A DNA stretch of 64,000 nucleotides from Escherichia coli. Its GTDB lineage: Bacteria; Pseudomonadota; Gammaproteobacteria; Enterobacterales; Enterobacteriaceae. The stretch's first letter is position 1; each line of letters begins with the position of its first letter. The DNA lies in the NCBI RefSeq assembly GCF_048403405.1, contig NZ_CP183131.1. One strand, given 5' to 3'. Positions 48,501 through 56,796 of the stretch are shown here, piece by piece. A program made the translations under genes and the position numbers. Below the pieces are notes generated by a model. That model made no database searches. It had not been told where the DNA came from and saw nothing but the letters and a program-made list of their open reading frames with translations.

Positions 48501-49819
48501 ACGAGGCCTTTGCTGTCGTAGACGTAGGTTTCCTTGCCTCCCACAAAGCCGGTACACGGCGCACCCTCAACAACATCAGGCTTGAGCATCCCGTTGTGAC
48601 GGCTGTAGGTATATCGCTGAACGTGGCCGAGGGCGTTGGTGACAGAGACGCTTCCGTCAGCGTTGTAGCTTACCTGAGTCTTCTCTGCGCCCCCGGCGTG
48701 TTCACTTAGAACTGCCATCCCCTGAGCATCATATCCCCATGTGGCGAAACGGTTGCCGTTCTCGTCCACCAGCCCAGAGAGCAAACCCGGTGCATTCGGG
48801 TCATCGTAGAGATAGCTGCGGCTCGTATTGTCCTGGTAGATCACTTCCGCCAGCTTGCCAGCGCTGTTGTACTGGTACTGAATACTGCCACCAGCAGGAT
48901 CGGTGACACTGACCATGCGGCCATCTTGATGCTGGAACTGGATGTTGCGGCCAAAGCCGTCAGTGATCGAGGATAGCTCTCCGTTCAGATAGCTCAGGGT
49001 GATGTGATTGCCGTTGGGCTTCTCGATGCCGGTCAGTCGTCCGGTTTCATCATAGGCCTCGACTACCCCGTCAGATTGAGTGTAACGCCAGCCGGTAGCA
49101 TCCTTCGTCAAGGTATCATCGGTTTTCCATGTTGGCACCCAGACAGAGGACGAGTTGTAGAACGCGAGTTGTTGCCCTTCTGGCCGGTGCAGGACAACCA
49201 TGTTCTCACCGTACTTCGAGGCGTTGACCTCGACGCTCCGCGAGTAGGTATGCCGCCAGCCGCCGAGCTCTTCATCAGGAAGGTGGCTATTGTAGTATCT
49301 GGTGAATGTGAAAGGGTCGGAGCCTCCGCTTTGATAATCCAGTTCAGCCTGGAACTTGTTGCCGGTGCCAAGATGGATAGGGTTCCCTACACACATGGTC
49401 GTTGTTGGTAAGCCGAGATCCCTGTCCAGGAACGGTGTTTTATCCATCTCACCCGGCAGAACATAGGTTGAGCGCCAGTAGACCGTAGCTGGGTCGCCAG
49501 TGCAGGTAGTGGGGTCATAATCGCCAGTAGCACCTAGATACTTAAAACAGATCCTGGAGACATAACGGCCATCACCATAACTGGCAACCGGATAAAGCGC
49601 ATCCCCAACTGGCGTTCCCTTCCCTTGCTCCTCACCAGAGCGATAATTCTTCATGAAGGAATGCGCGTCTATGATGGTGTTGAAGCGCATTTTGTCTACT
49701 TCGGTGCTCACGGCTACAACCCGCCATTGTGCAAAAGCAACGCATGGCAAAGTTGCGAGCACCACAACGGCCAATGACCGCAGGTTTCGCATCAGTAAAA
49801 GGGAAGGTCTCGATCTCAT
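45557..49819 (-). CDS. rhs: Rhs/YD-repeat polymorphic toxin with EndoU-like C-terminal domain
   Basis: 1420 aa. Signal peptide, dozens of YD repeats, and the core-ending motif [28 protein letters not shown]. The variable tip has [13 protein letters not shown]...[14 protein letters not shown], reminiscent of bacterial EndoU nucleases. Confidence 0.85.
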   Translation of the reverse strand: [1420 protein letters not shown]

Positions 49820-49951
49820 TTACAGCTCCAGTTTTTATGCTGGAGCTATTTTCAGGTGGGAGAGTCGTTATCAACGACTGCGTTTTTGCCCTTTTAGGGT
49901 ATGAATACGTGATTTGGAGAGGTTGTGTATTCAGAACAAATGAGAAGCAGG

Positions 49952-50677
49952 TTACTCATTTCGCTCAAACACTGTGACAAGAACACGTTTTTGGTTGTCG
50001 TCGTTGATCACCATCAGGTACTTGAACTTGGAATCTCTATGGCCCCAGACTTCCACGTTATCTACGCGGCCATACTTTCTGGCTTTATGGCGAGCCACTT
50101 TCTCGTCAAAGGGTTGAACCTGTAACTCTGGATGCTGGAGGCGACCAACGAGTGAGGCCCACGGTTTTTTAGGGTCTCCAGAGGTTATCCGGGCCTGATA
50201 CTGATCGATGGCATGTTGAGTAACAAGGACGGGACCAATGGCCGGTGTAGAGATTTCGTCATGGGTTTGAGTATAGGCTTGCTTGTCCACATCGAGGAGC
50301 TCAACGTTGCCCTCACCCGGCTCATCCATAAACTCCATGCTCTGCGAAACTTCAATAGTAGCGCCCTTTAAACGTCCAGTGAGGCAAGCCGCAAACTTGA
50401 ATGCAAACTCCTTGGTGGATTTGCCCAGCGCCAGCTTTTTAATCGCACCTTTGGATACCACCAGCTTGTAACCAGCACCAGCACCTGGCTCTCTGCAAAA
50501 AACCTGTTTGTCCAGCGCCAGATAGCGAATGGCTACGAGCTCAGCCAAAAGATCTGCCTCCTCGTTGTCAAAATCAATACGAACATCAAGGATGCCTTTC
50601 CGTTTTGTACCAACGCGCCAGAATACAAGGGCTGAATTATTAGAAGTTTTCTTCGAGACAGTAGTCAGTGTCATCAT
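49952..50677 (-). CDS. hypothetical protein
   Basis: 241-aa ORF with GGAGAAATAGACC before the ATG. Promoter-like GGGGTTGCATTTTTAAAA core upstream (50763-50780). Confidence 0.5.
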   Translation of the reverse strand: MMTLTTVSKKTSNNSALVFWRVGTKRKGILDVRIDFDNEEADLLAELVAIRYLALDKQVFCREPGAGAGYKLVVSKGAIKKLALGKSTKEFAFKFAACLTGRLKGATIEVSQSMEFMDEPGEGNVELLDVDKQAYTQTHDEISTPAIGPVLVTQHAIDQYQARITSGDPKKPWASLVGRLQHPELQVQPFDEKVARHKARKYGRVDNVEVWGHRDSKFKYLMVINDDNQKRVLVTVFERNE

Positions 50678-50790
50678 GGTCTATTTCTCCATTATCGGGA
50701 TAATGGTCGGCATCGCCGCCAGCACCCCTATTCGTTAGGGTTCATTTAGATGCTACCACGGGTTTTAAAAATGCAACCCCTAGTGCCACT

Positions 50791-51192
50791 CTATTTGTGG
50801 TCCCAAGTATTTTTATAAGCTCGGGCTAGGCGTTTCTCTATCACTTCTGACAAATTGCAACCATCGACTTCTGCCAACCGCTTCAAAATCCTGTGGGCTT
50901 TATCGCTTATAGTTATGCTTTTACCAACACCATATCCCCTTCTGCGACGTTGCCTAATTGATGTCCCGAGTTTATTGATTTGCTCTGCTGTCAGATATTT
51001 ATTAATCCATTCAGTGAGTTCTGATGGTGATCGCCCCATGCTGTTCAGGCTGTCCACGGCTTCAAGTTTCTTATCGAATGGGACGTCACGCCAGAAAGCT
51101 GGGCGCGAAGCAGCTCTGAGGAGATAGATCGCCGTAGCCTGAGCATCTTCATTGGATACTTTCAAAAAAACACCTTTACCGTTACATGTCAC
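50791..51192 (-). CDS. putative ribbon-helix-helix/CopG-like DNA-binding protein
   Basis: 133 aa (GTG start, uncertain). C-terminal ITISDKAHRILKRLAEVDGCNLSEVIEKRLARAY resembles an RHH module. The start is embedded in a 12-bp perfect inverted repeat. Confidence 0.45.
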   Translation of the reverse strand: MTCNGKGVFLKVSNEDAQATAIYLLRAASRPAFWRDVPFDKKLEAVDSLNSMGRSPSELTEWINKYLTAEQINKLGTSIRQRRRRGYGVGKSITISDKAHRILKRLAEVDGCNLSEVIEKRLARAYKNTWDHK

Positions 51193-51216
51193 ACCAACTT
51201 CATCGTGACATGTAAC
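51181..51216. promoter_or_regulatory. 12-bp perfect inverted repeat over the start of the RHH-like gene
   Basis: GTTACATGTCAC (51181-51192), 12-nt spacer, GTGACATGTAAC (51205-51216). Candidate auto-operator. Confidence 0.5.
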
Positions 51217-51411
51217 ACTTCAAACTGCAAGTATAAAAAAAGGCCAGCTATTGCTGGCCTTTACGTTCATTATCGCAGTTACTCTTTAGGCGTTGTGATG
51301 CTTTTTTTCCTTCTGTTTCTCATGGTAGAGATACAGACTGCCGCCAGTGACGACAGTGAAAAAAATGAGCAACCCCAACATGCCTAATGTGAAAGCGTCC
51401 ATTTGACCCCC

Positions 51412-51651
51412 TTAGGAATTGCTGACCTTGGTTAAGATTATACCATAGATCCACAGGATAACCCCAATGACCAACACCAAACCGGCTTCTTTGACGGTTA
51501 TAGTGTCCCCAGATACAGCCAATCCTACAATACCGACACCGATGGCTGTTACGGCGACCTTACGCAGGTCTTCACCGATAGCTCCCAGAGTCTTCTTGTC
51601 AGGAGAGAAAAGACGCACAAACCACGTCTTAATACGCAAAAACTTTTTCAT
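51412..51651 (-). CDS. small membrane protein
   Basis: Start MKKFLRIKTW at 51651 after GGAGGTAATC. Two TM segments. Last gene of the long minus-strand block. Confidence 0.5.
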   Translation of the reverse strand: MKKFLRIKTWFVRLFSPDKKTLGAIGEDLRKVAVTAIGVGIVGLAVSGDTITVKEAGLVLVIGVILWIYGIILTKVSNS

Positions 51652-51723
51652 GATTACCTCCATAGTTGAAGAGGAGGCGAATCATGCCCGAGAGGGCATG
51701 AACACCCCCTCAGGGTTAAAGTT
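51652..51723 (-). promoter_or_regulatory. structured leader, instance 1 (TAACCC box + SD-sequestering stem)
   Basis: Minus strand: TAA-AACTT-TAACCCTGAGGGGG, CATGCCC-TCTC-GGGCATG hairpin, then CCTCC...GGAGG pairing the SD. Confidence 0.5.
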
Positions 51724-52002
51724 TTAGGCAGACAAAGCTGTTGGCTTCGCCTTGTTCATCTTCATTGAGTTAATGATCTTCGTCGCTTCATCAGCAAACG
51801 GGCCAGTAACTTGGATAGGCTCCCTTCTTGCGAAGGAGGCTGTCACCATCATTCTCTGGCCGTGCATCAGATGACGATACCGAGACCGCATAAGCTCAAC
51901 GTAGGCCGCAGAGTCCCCCTCCCACCCCTCAGGGGGAGAAAAGGGGCACACCGCGTCGTTACCAGGCGTTGTATCAACCTTCGAGACATCAATGACGGCC
52001 AT
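51724..52002 (-). CDS. hypothetical protein
   Basis: Start taken at MAVIDVSKVDT (52002), 14-nt overlap with the primase stop. 92 aa. Confidence 0.45.
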   Translation of the reverse strand: MAVIDVSKVDTTPGNDAVCPFSPPEGWEGDSAAYVELMRSRYRHLMHGQRMMVTASFARREPIQVTGPFADEATKIINSMKMNKAKPTALSA

Positions 52003-53716
52003 ACTCAGCTCTCCTTCTCGCAATGAAATCGCGCAGGTAGCGAGCATTCGGGAAACCGAGGCTTCCCTGACTCATCAGGACATCGTTCCAGTCAATCCCT
52101 TTCGCTCTGGGCGGGATCGGGAGTTTAGGCAGCAGGACGTACACACGAATGCCGCGCTTCTCCAGCTTGGCTTTCAGCACGTTCGCTGACTTCTCACCAG
52201 TCACAGACTTATCTTTGTCAGCCCAGATCAGTACGGTGTGAACACCTTCTGGAACCTCGAAGGACTCCATCAGGGTCGCATTGACCGTTGACCAAACCGG
52301 GATTTGAGTGACTCGATAAGCTGACAGGGCTGTTTCCAGCCCTTCTGCAACACCCAGGATACCCTCAGTCGGTTCACCGAGGCGGATGGCCGCGCCATTG
52401 ACATCCAAACCGTCAGGAATGGGCATCATCTTCTTGGCGTTGCCGACCTTGGCTTTTTTACCGTTTTGGGTGAGATAGGTGCGGTGGAGCGTTACCAGGT
52501 TGCCTTCCACATCTCGGATAGCGCAGACGATAGCCGGGAATTTCCCAACTTCATTGCCATCTTCGTCGTAGTAGGCCATAGCCGGATTGAACCGCAGACA
52601 GTCTGTTTTTTCTACTTCATCAACCTTGAACAGAAGCTCGCGGTTTTTGAAGTACAGACGCATTGGCTCAGTCACATGACTGGAGAACGGCAAACACTCG
52701 TTCCATACCTTCTCGATTTTCTCACGGAGACGAGCACTGTAAGCGCGTTCGCGCTCCATTCTCTTCTCCATTTCTTCTTGGAGCTCAAGCAGCCAAGGCT
52801 TAGGTTGTTCACGAAACATCGGAACAACTTTCGGCTTGTTTTCGCTGCTTTGCTCTTCCGGTTGTGTGGCCGCATGTTGTACTTGCGGTGCCGGAGCTTC
52901 TACCGTGCGGTTGACCACAGGGGCCGACTCAACATGGTGACTCACCGGCTCAACACCACCGTTCGAGCGAGCGCGGAACTGCGTTACCGTAGCGCCGCGA
53001 CGTTCCACCAGCCAGGTGTTGCGATGCGTTTGCATAGGTTGTTCTCTCACAACATTCCCCTGCTCGTCCTTAACTTCAACGACGACAGTTACAGGCTCGC
53101 GCCCGAGGTTTGTCATGACGATCTCATCCCCATACTTGGCTTCACTTTCACCAATGGCTCTTTCAAGATCCACGCCCCAGATGGTGCGTTCCAAACCGCT
53201 CTTGTCACGGATGAAGGCAAAGTAGCTGAGCTCGTTGTCTTCGTTATGCTCATAAGGAGCTTTACCGTGGGCAATCAGAGTACCGGCAATGGATTTTTTA
53301 CGATTCTTGGAATCGAGAACCTTGTTATTCACCTTCATAGGCTCTTGCTGAACAGGCGCTTTGGCCTGGACAGGAGCTCGTGTCGGTGCAGCGGCTTGTT
53401 GATACTGGGGTTGCTCTTTCTCAACGCCCAGATAATCACCAACCTCGCTCAGGCACTGTTTAAAGTCCCAGTTATTGAGCCACATCAGCAGCTCAAAACC
53501 ATCATGATTGGCACCGCATGTATTGCATACGCCGCCACCAGTCAGGTGGGCATCCTTGAACAGTCGGAAGCCATCTTTCCCGCCGTGGATAGGACAAGAA
53601 ACATGACGACCAGGTTTACGGAGAGCTGGTTCAAGATGGGGCGCTAGGGCCGCCAGGATGAATAGCCAGTTTCCGTTTGCAGCTTCACGAACGGTGTCAG
53701 CTTTGTAGTAAGACAT
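51989..53716 (-). CDS. pri: DNA primase (zinc-ribbon + Toprim)
   Basis: Start MSYYKAD at 53716 after AAGGAGAAAACCT. P4-type primase zinc ribbon HVSCPIHGGKDGFRLF...GGVCNTCG. C-terminal Toprim GVAEGLETALS...LIWADKDKS. Confidence 0.75.
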   Translation of the reverse strand: MSYYKADTVREAANGNWLFILAALAPHLEPALRKPGRHVSCPIHGGKDGFRLFKDAHLTGGGVCNTCGANHDGFELLMWLNNWDFKQCLSEVGDYLGVEKEQPQYQQAAAPTRAPVQAKAPVQQEPMKVNNKVLDSKNRKKSIAGTLIAHGKAPYEHNEDNELSYFAFIRDKSGLERTIWGVDLERAIGESEAKYGDEIVMTNLGREPVTVVVEVKDEQGNVVREQPMQTHRNTWLVERRGATVTQFRARSNGGVEPVSHHVESAPVVNRTVEAPAPQVQHAATQPEEQSSENKPKVVPMFREQPKPWLLELQEEMEKRMERERAYSARLREKIEKVWNECLPFSSHVTEPMRLYFKNRELLFKVDEVEKTDCLRFNPAMAYYDEDGNEVGKFPAIVCAIRDVEGNLVTLHRTYLTQNGKKAKVGNAKKMMPIPDGLDVNGAAIRLGEPTEGILGVAEGLETALSAYRVTQIPVWSTVNATLMESFEVPEGVHTVLIWADKDKSVTGEKSANVLKAKLEKRGIRVYVLLPKLPIPPRAKGIDWNDVLMSQGSLGFPNARYLRDFIARRRAEYGRH

Positions 53717-53893
53717 AGGTTTTCTCCTTAGCGTGAACCCCAGCATCGAGGCTTCCTTAAACCCCCGTCGCCAGGGTTTTAAGGAAACCCCGACACCGGG
53801 AGAATGTGCCAAGGAGGCTCCCCAGCCGGGGAGAACTCCCCGGCGAGGGGTTTAAAAAGGTCGCCCCCGAAACGGAGGCGAATTTTGTGAATA
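53717..53893 (-). promoter_or_regulatory. structured leader, instance 2 (double box, preceded by terminator-like hairpin)
   Basis: Minus strand: CGCCTCCG-TTT-CGGGGGCG + CCTTTTTAAA, then TTTAAACCCCTCGCCGGGG and TTAAAACCCTGGCGACGGGGG boxes. Confidence 0.45.
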
Positions 53894-54280
53894 TCACAAG
53901 CACAAATGAGTGCCATCTTCCGAGGCCATCATGATTGTGACATCTGCGGTTACAGGATCTGACTTAATCACAACCTCAGTGGGTTTGAAAAAGCCATCTA
54001 CAGTGGGCATGGGGTAATAAAGACGAATCTTTCCCCAATTCTTGTTGTCGGTAAAAGCGACCTTTGTTTGAGCAACACAAAGCTGCAAAAACATGAAAAG
54101 GAAGTCTTCTACCGAGTGCTTACCATCTGCACCAAATACTCCATCGACAATTGCCGGGGTCACTGCCACATTGGTCAGGAAACCAGCTTGTTTACCGATG
54201 GAAGATTGGTCCACCAGCAGACCATCATTGATGGCTTGTTGACGGATTTGGGCGAGGTCCAATTTAGCTACTTGGTTCAT
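53894..54280 (-). CDS. hypothetical protein
   Basis: 128-aa ORF preceded by structured leader instance 3. No motif recognised. Confidence 0.5.
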   Translation of the reverse strand: MNQVAKLDLAQIRQQAINDGLLVDQSSIGKQAGFLTNVAVTPAIVDGVFGADGKHSVEDFLFMFLQLCVAQTKVAFTDNKNWGKIRLYYPMPTVDGFFKPTEVVIKSDPVTADVTIMMASEDGTHLCL

Positions 54281-54386
54281 AAGGTGTACTCCAAAGTTAA
54301 TGGGTACACCTACCCCGTGCGGGGAAGTGTACCCGCATGGGTTATTGAAAGGTCACGGCCAAAGCCGAGCTTTAAGGTTCCGAGTT
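54281..54386 (-). promoter_or_regulatory. structured leader, instance 3
   Basis: ATAACCCATGCGGG. Alternative stems TGCGGG/CCCGCA, GGGTACAC/GTGTACCC, and GGTGTAC.../...GTACACC (covers the SD GGAG). Confidence 0.5.
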
Positions 54387-54533
54387 TTACGCTGGCTGAA
54401 TGCGCCAAAGAACGGTCGGAGGAAACGAGTCAGCGACACGCTTCACATTCGCGTAAAGAGTGTCCTTAAAGACACGCTCTAAGCGACGACCACCTTGACG
54501 ATAAACCAACTTAAAGTCTTGGAATTTGTTCAT
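54387..54533 (-). CDS. small basic hypothetical protein (48 aa, below ORF-track cutoff)
   Basis: Manual translation MNKFQDFKLVYRQGGRRLERVFKDTLYANVKRVADSFPPTVLWRIQPA*. The ATG is preceded by GGAGGTATCC and a full structured leader. Confidence 0.4.
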   Translation of the reverse strand: MNKFQDFKLVYRQGGRRLERVFKDTLYANVKRVADSFPPTVLWRIQPA

Positions 54534-54737
54534 GGATACCTCCAGAAATAACGGGAGGTATCTCCAGCAGGAGATAGACTCCCGCAGGGATTAATAAATT
54601 AACGTTAATTTGCTGTTTGTTTTTGGCGACCAGCTATCGCACGCTTTCGCCCTCAGGGAGGACAAAATCTGCTTACTGATGGCTTAACCATGAGTAAGAA
54701 GACTTGGGAAGTAAAGCAGGGGTTTCCCCCTGCCTTG
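54534..54737 (-). promoter_or_regulatory. structured leader, instance 4, plus promoter-like box and terminator-like hairpin
   Basis: Minus strand order: GCAGGGGGAAACCCCTGC-TTTACTT (54716-54733), GTGCGATAGCTGGTCGCCAAAAACAAACAGCAAATT (54607-54642), TTAATCCCTGCGGG, then GATACCTCC/GGAGGTATC SD stem. Confidence 0.5.
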
Positions 54738-55589
54738 TTATGCCGCTTTGAGGTGGCGAGAGAAAAAGTCCCTGGTTTGCTGGATAGCGCCCCGGAGAAG
54801 TTCTCGTCTGTAGCCAGCGTAGCTCTTGTCATCACTGGCAACGGTCAAGCCGTGCAGACTCTCTTCACCCAGGACAATCTCGTTTTCACGAGAGAGTACC
54901 TCAACACGTAGGCCAAGCACTCGCTCTTTCCCTTCCAGGATAGAACAAATTGTTTGGTCTCTTACTTCGTCATCCCAGTGGCCCATATCGAAATCCCGCT
55001 CAGGGAGTTCAGTAACACGCACCAGGTAGTTTTCAGTGGCCCGTTCCCAAACCACTTCATCTTCGCATGGAGAGGCCTCGATCAGCGAGTACCCGTCCGC
55101 TTCGAGCTTCTTGGAAAGACTTTTTACATCATCCGCCAGCTCCAGCACAAAGCGTTCCCAGAGGTCTTGCCAGCGCTCGACCATATCCTGGTTAATCCCT
55201 TCAATGCCGGTGCCAATCATGGAATCATCATCAGGGAAGATCCCTGTGAAGTCCACGTTGTCGTCGATGTTCATGCAGTTCCAATGGCTGTAGTGATGCC
55301 CGTGACTATTCCGAGTAATGGACAGGTCACAGGAACCATATTCGCGGAGGACAGAAAGCATATTCTCAATGTCTTTCTGTGCCATCAGGTTCTTCACGCG
55401 GCTGACAGCATCCACTTGGCCGGGCTCAGTGCTGAATAGGCGATTCATGAGAGCTTTGACGTCATCAACGCTCAAATCCCCGTAGAAGGCTACGCCATCC
55501 CCCTGGCAGTATCCGAGACTGTACTCAATCGTCAGATCATCCGGGTATCCACACTTAACCAGTTCGTTTTGAAAATGCTGTTTAATCAT
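54738..55589 (-). CDS. hypothetical acidic protein
   Basis: Start MIKQHFQNELVK at 55589 after AAGGAGATACCA. 283 aa. No motif recognised. Confidence 0.5.
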   Translation of the reverse strand: MIKQHFQNELVKCGYPDDLTIEYSLGYCQGDGVAFYGDLSVDDVKALMNRLFSTEPGQVDAVSRVKNLMAQKDIENMLSVLREYGSCDLSITRNSHGHHYSHWNCMNIDDNVDFTGIFPDDDSMIGTGIEGINQDMVERWQDLWERFVLELADDVKSLSKKLEADGYSLIEASPCEDEVVWERATENYLVRVTELPERDFDMGHWDDEVRDQTICSILEGKERVLGLRVEVLSRENEIVLGEESLHGLTVASDDKSYAGYRRELLRGAIQQTRDFFSRHLKAA

Positions 55590-55663
55590 TGGTATCTCCT
55601 TAATTTCAGAGGGAGACACCATCCCCTCAGGGACCGATGTCCCCCGTGGGGTTAATGTTTGGG
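55590..55663 (-). promoter_or_regulatory. structured leader, instance 5
   Basis: TTAACCCCACGGGGGACATCGGTCCCTGAGGGG hairpin. GGGGGACA/TGTCTCCC alternative. GGTGTCTCC/GGAGATACC SD stem. Confidence 0.5.
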
Positions 55664-56221
55664 TTAAGAAGCCTTGCGGTTTAATTCAGTATCAAATCGA
55701 GGACCTTTGAGAACCGCAGTTTTCATAACCTCGAAGTTTCTTGGGTAACGCAGCTTTGAAACTGCGCCAGCTCGGATGTCGGCAGCCTCACTTGGAGAGA
55801 CTAGCCTTAACCCTTCGCTGGTTTCAGCGTAGAACCAACCGGCATAACGCTCATAGGCATTCTGCTGGTACTGTTCAGTCGCCATATTCTTCCGGATCGC
55901 CTCTGTTAAGGCCTCAACAACACCGTCATCTTTCGTGATGATGTTGAAAACATGAGAGACGGTCAGGAAGTTCCCAAAGAAGCAGGCTGCCCCAAGCCAA
56001 GGCTGGAACATTTCGCCATTTCGCCCCGTCCTCACCATTGGTTCAAACGGGTATGGGCGATAACAGTGATACTGCTCAAACATCGGGTCAAGAACGTTGT
56101 CACCCAGGACATCCAGTAAAGTCTGAATGCTGTCCGGGTCTTGGCCTGCCCACTTACTCCCATTGCTGAGAATCAGTGTTTTACCGTCAGTACGCTCCAG
56201 AGCTTGTTCAAAGTTAGACAT
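55664..56221 (-). CDS. hypothetical protein
   Basis: Start MSNFEQALERTDGK at 56221 after AAGGAATGCACT. The longer track ORF reads through the leader. 185 aa. Confidence 0.5.
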   Translation of the reverse strand: MSNFEQALERTDGKTLILSNGSKWAGQDPDSIQTLLDVLGDNVLDPMFEQYHCYRPYPFEPMVRTGRNGEMFQPWLGAACFFGNFLTVSHVFNIITKDDGVVEALTEAIRKNMATEQYQQNAYERYAGWFYAETSEGLRLVSPSEAADIRAGAVSKLRYPRNFEVMKTAVLKGPRFDTELNRKAS

Positions 56222-56294
56222 AGTGCATTCCTTTTGGTTAGGACGCACCACACCCTCTCGGGATGATGCGCCCGAGTGGGTTAGTTGAGAAGGC
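56222..56294 (-). promoter_or_regulatory. structured leader, instance 6
   Basis: CTAACCCAC-TCGGG-CGCATCAT-CCCGA-GAGGG hairpin. GGGCGCA/TGCGTCC alternative. GTGCGTCCT/AGGAATGCAC SD stem. Confidence 0.5.
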
Positions 56295-56513
56295 TTAGCC
56301 GTCAAGTCCGTAAATTACGGCGGAGCCGGGCTCCATCTCGACAACTTGTGCGCTTCCTTCTTCTATCAGCTCCTGCATGTAACCAGACTCAGCATCCGGA
56401 TTACGTTCGCAGTGTTCGTCCCAGCGTTTCAAAAGCCCTTCTGTGGCTTGTCCGTGGGTCTCACCAAGGCCGATAAACTCATAGTGTCCTGTGTTTACGA
56501 TGATCACCACCAT
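56295..56513 (-). CDS. small hypothetical protein
   Basis: Start MVVIIVNTGHYEF at 56513 after AGGAGAGCACTAGCT, downstream of the stop at 56527. 72 aa. Confidence 0.45.
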   Translation of the reverse strand: MVVIIVNTGHYEFIGLGETHGQATEGLLKRWDEHCERNPDAESGYMQELIEEGSAQVVEMEPGSAVIYGLDG

Positions 56514-56526
56514 AGCTAGTGCTCTC

Positions 56527-56796
56527 CTACAGGTCACTTGGTACATACAGGTCATCTTTGATGGCAGAAAAATCGACAGGAGACTGGTCCCCATAGGTTC
56601 GATTCACGCCACCAGCATCATCGACACTGACAAAAACCGTGCGGAGTAAACCGCTGGGCTTTGCAGGGTAAACGATGCTGACATGCTGACCTTTGTACTG
56701 TTCTGACAAAGTGCTTTGAAGCTCATCAACCGAACGGAATTTCCGGTCGCGGCCAAAGTCCTTAATCTTGATGTCGCCAGGGATTGGATTAGTCAT
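56527..56796 (-). CDS. hypothetical protein
   Basis: 89-aa ORF overlapping the HD-domain gene stop by 8 nt. Confidence 0.5.
   Translation of the reverse strand: MTNPIPGDIKIKDFGRDRKFRSVDELQSTLSEQYKGQHVSIVYPAKPSGLLRTVFVSVDDAGGVNRTYGDQSPVDFSAIKDDLYVPSDL

Noticed and set aside
46553-49411. Plus-strand ORFs (98-269 aa) opposite rhs
   Set aside because: They are antisense to a 1420-aa gene with clear YD repeats. Their repeat-derived composition is typical of shadow ORFs.
50750-50785. Sigma-54 promoter (TGGCAC ... TTGCAT) upstream of 49952-50677
   Set aside because: The GG-to-GC spacing is 11 rather than the strict 10, and the two other copies of the TTGCATTTTT core lack a -24 element. A sigma-70-like reading fits better.
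52466-53647. 393-aa plus-strand ORF opposite the primase gene
   Set aside because: The minus-strand frame carries zinc-ribbon and Toprim motifs, an SD and operon context. The plus-strand product is low-complexity with no start context.
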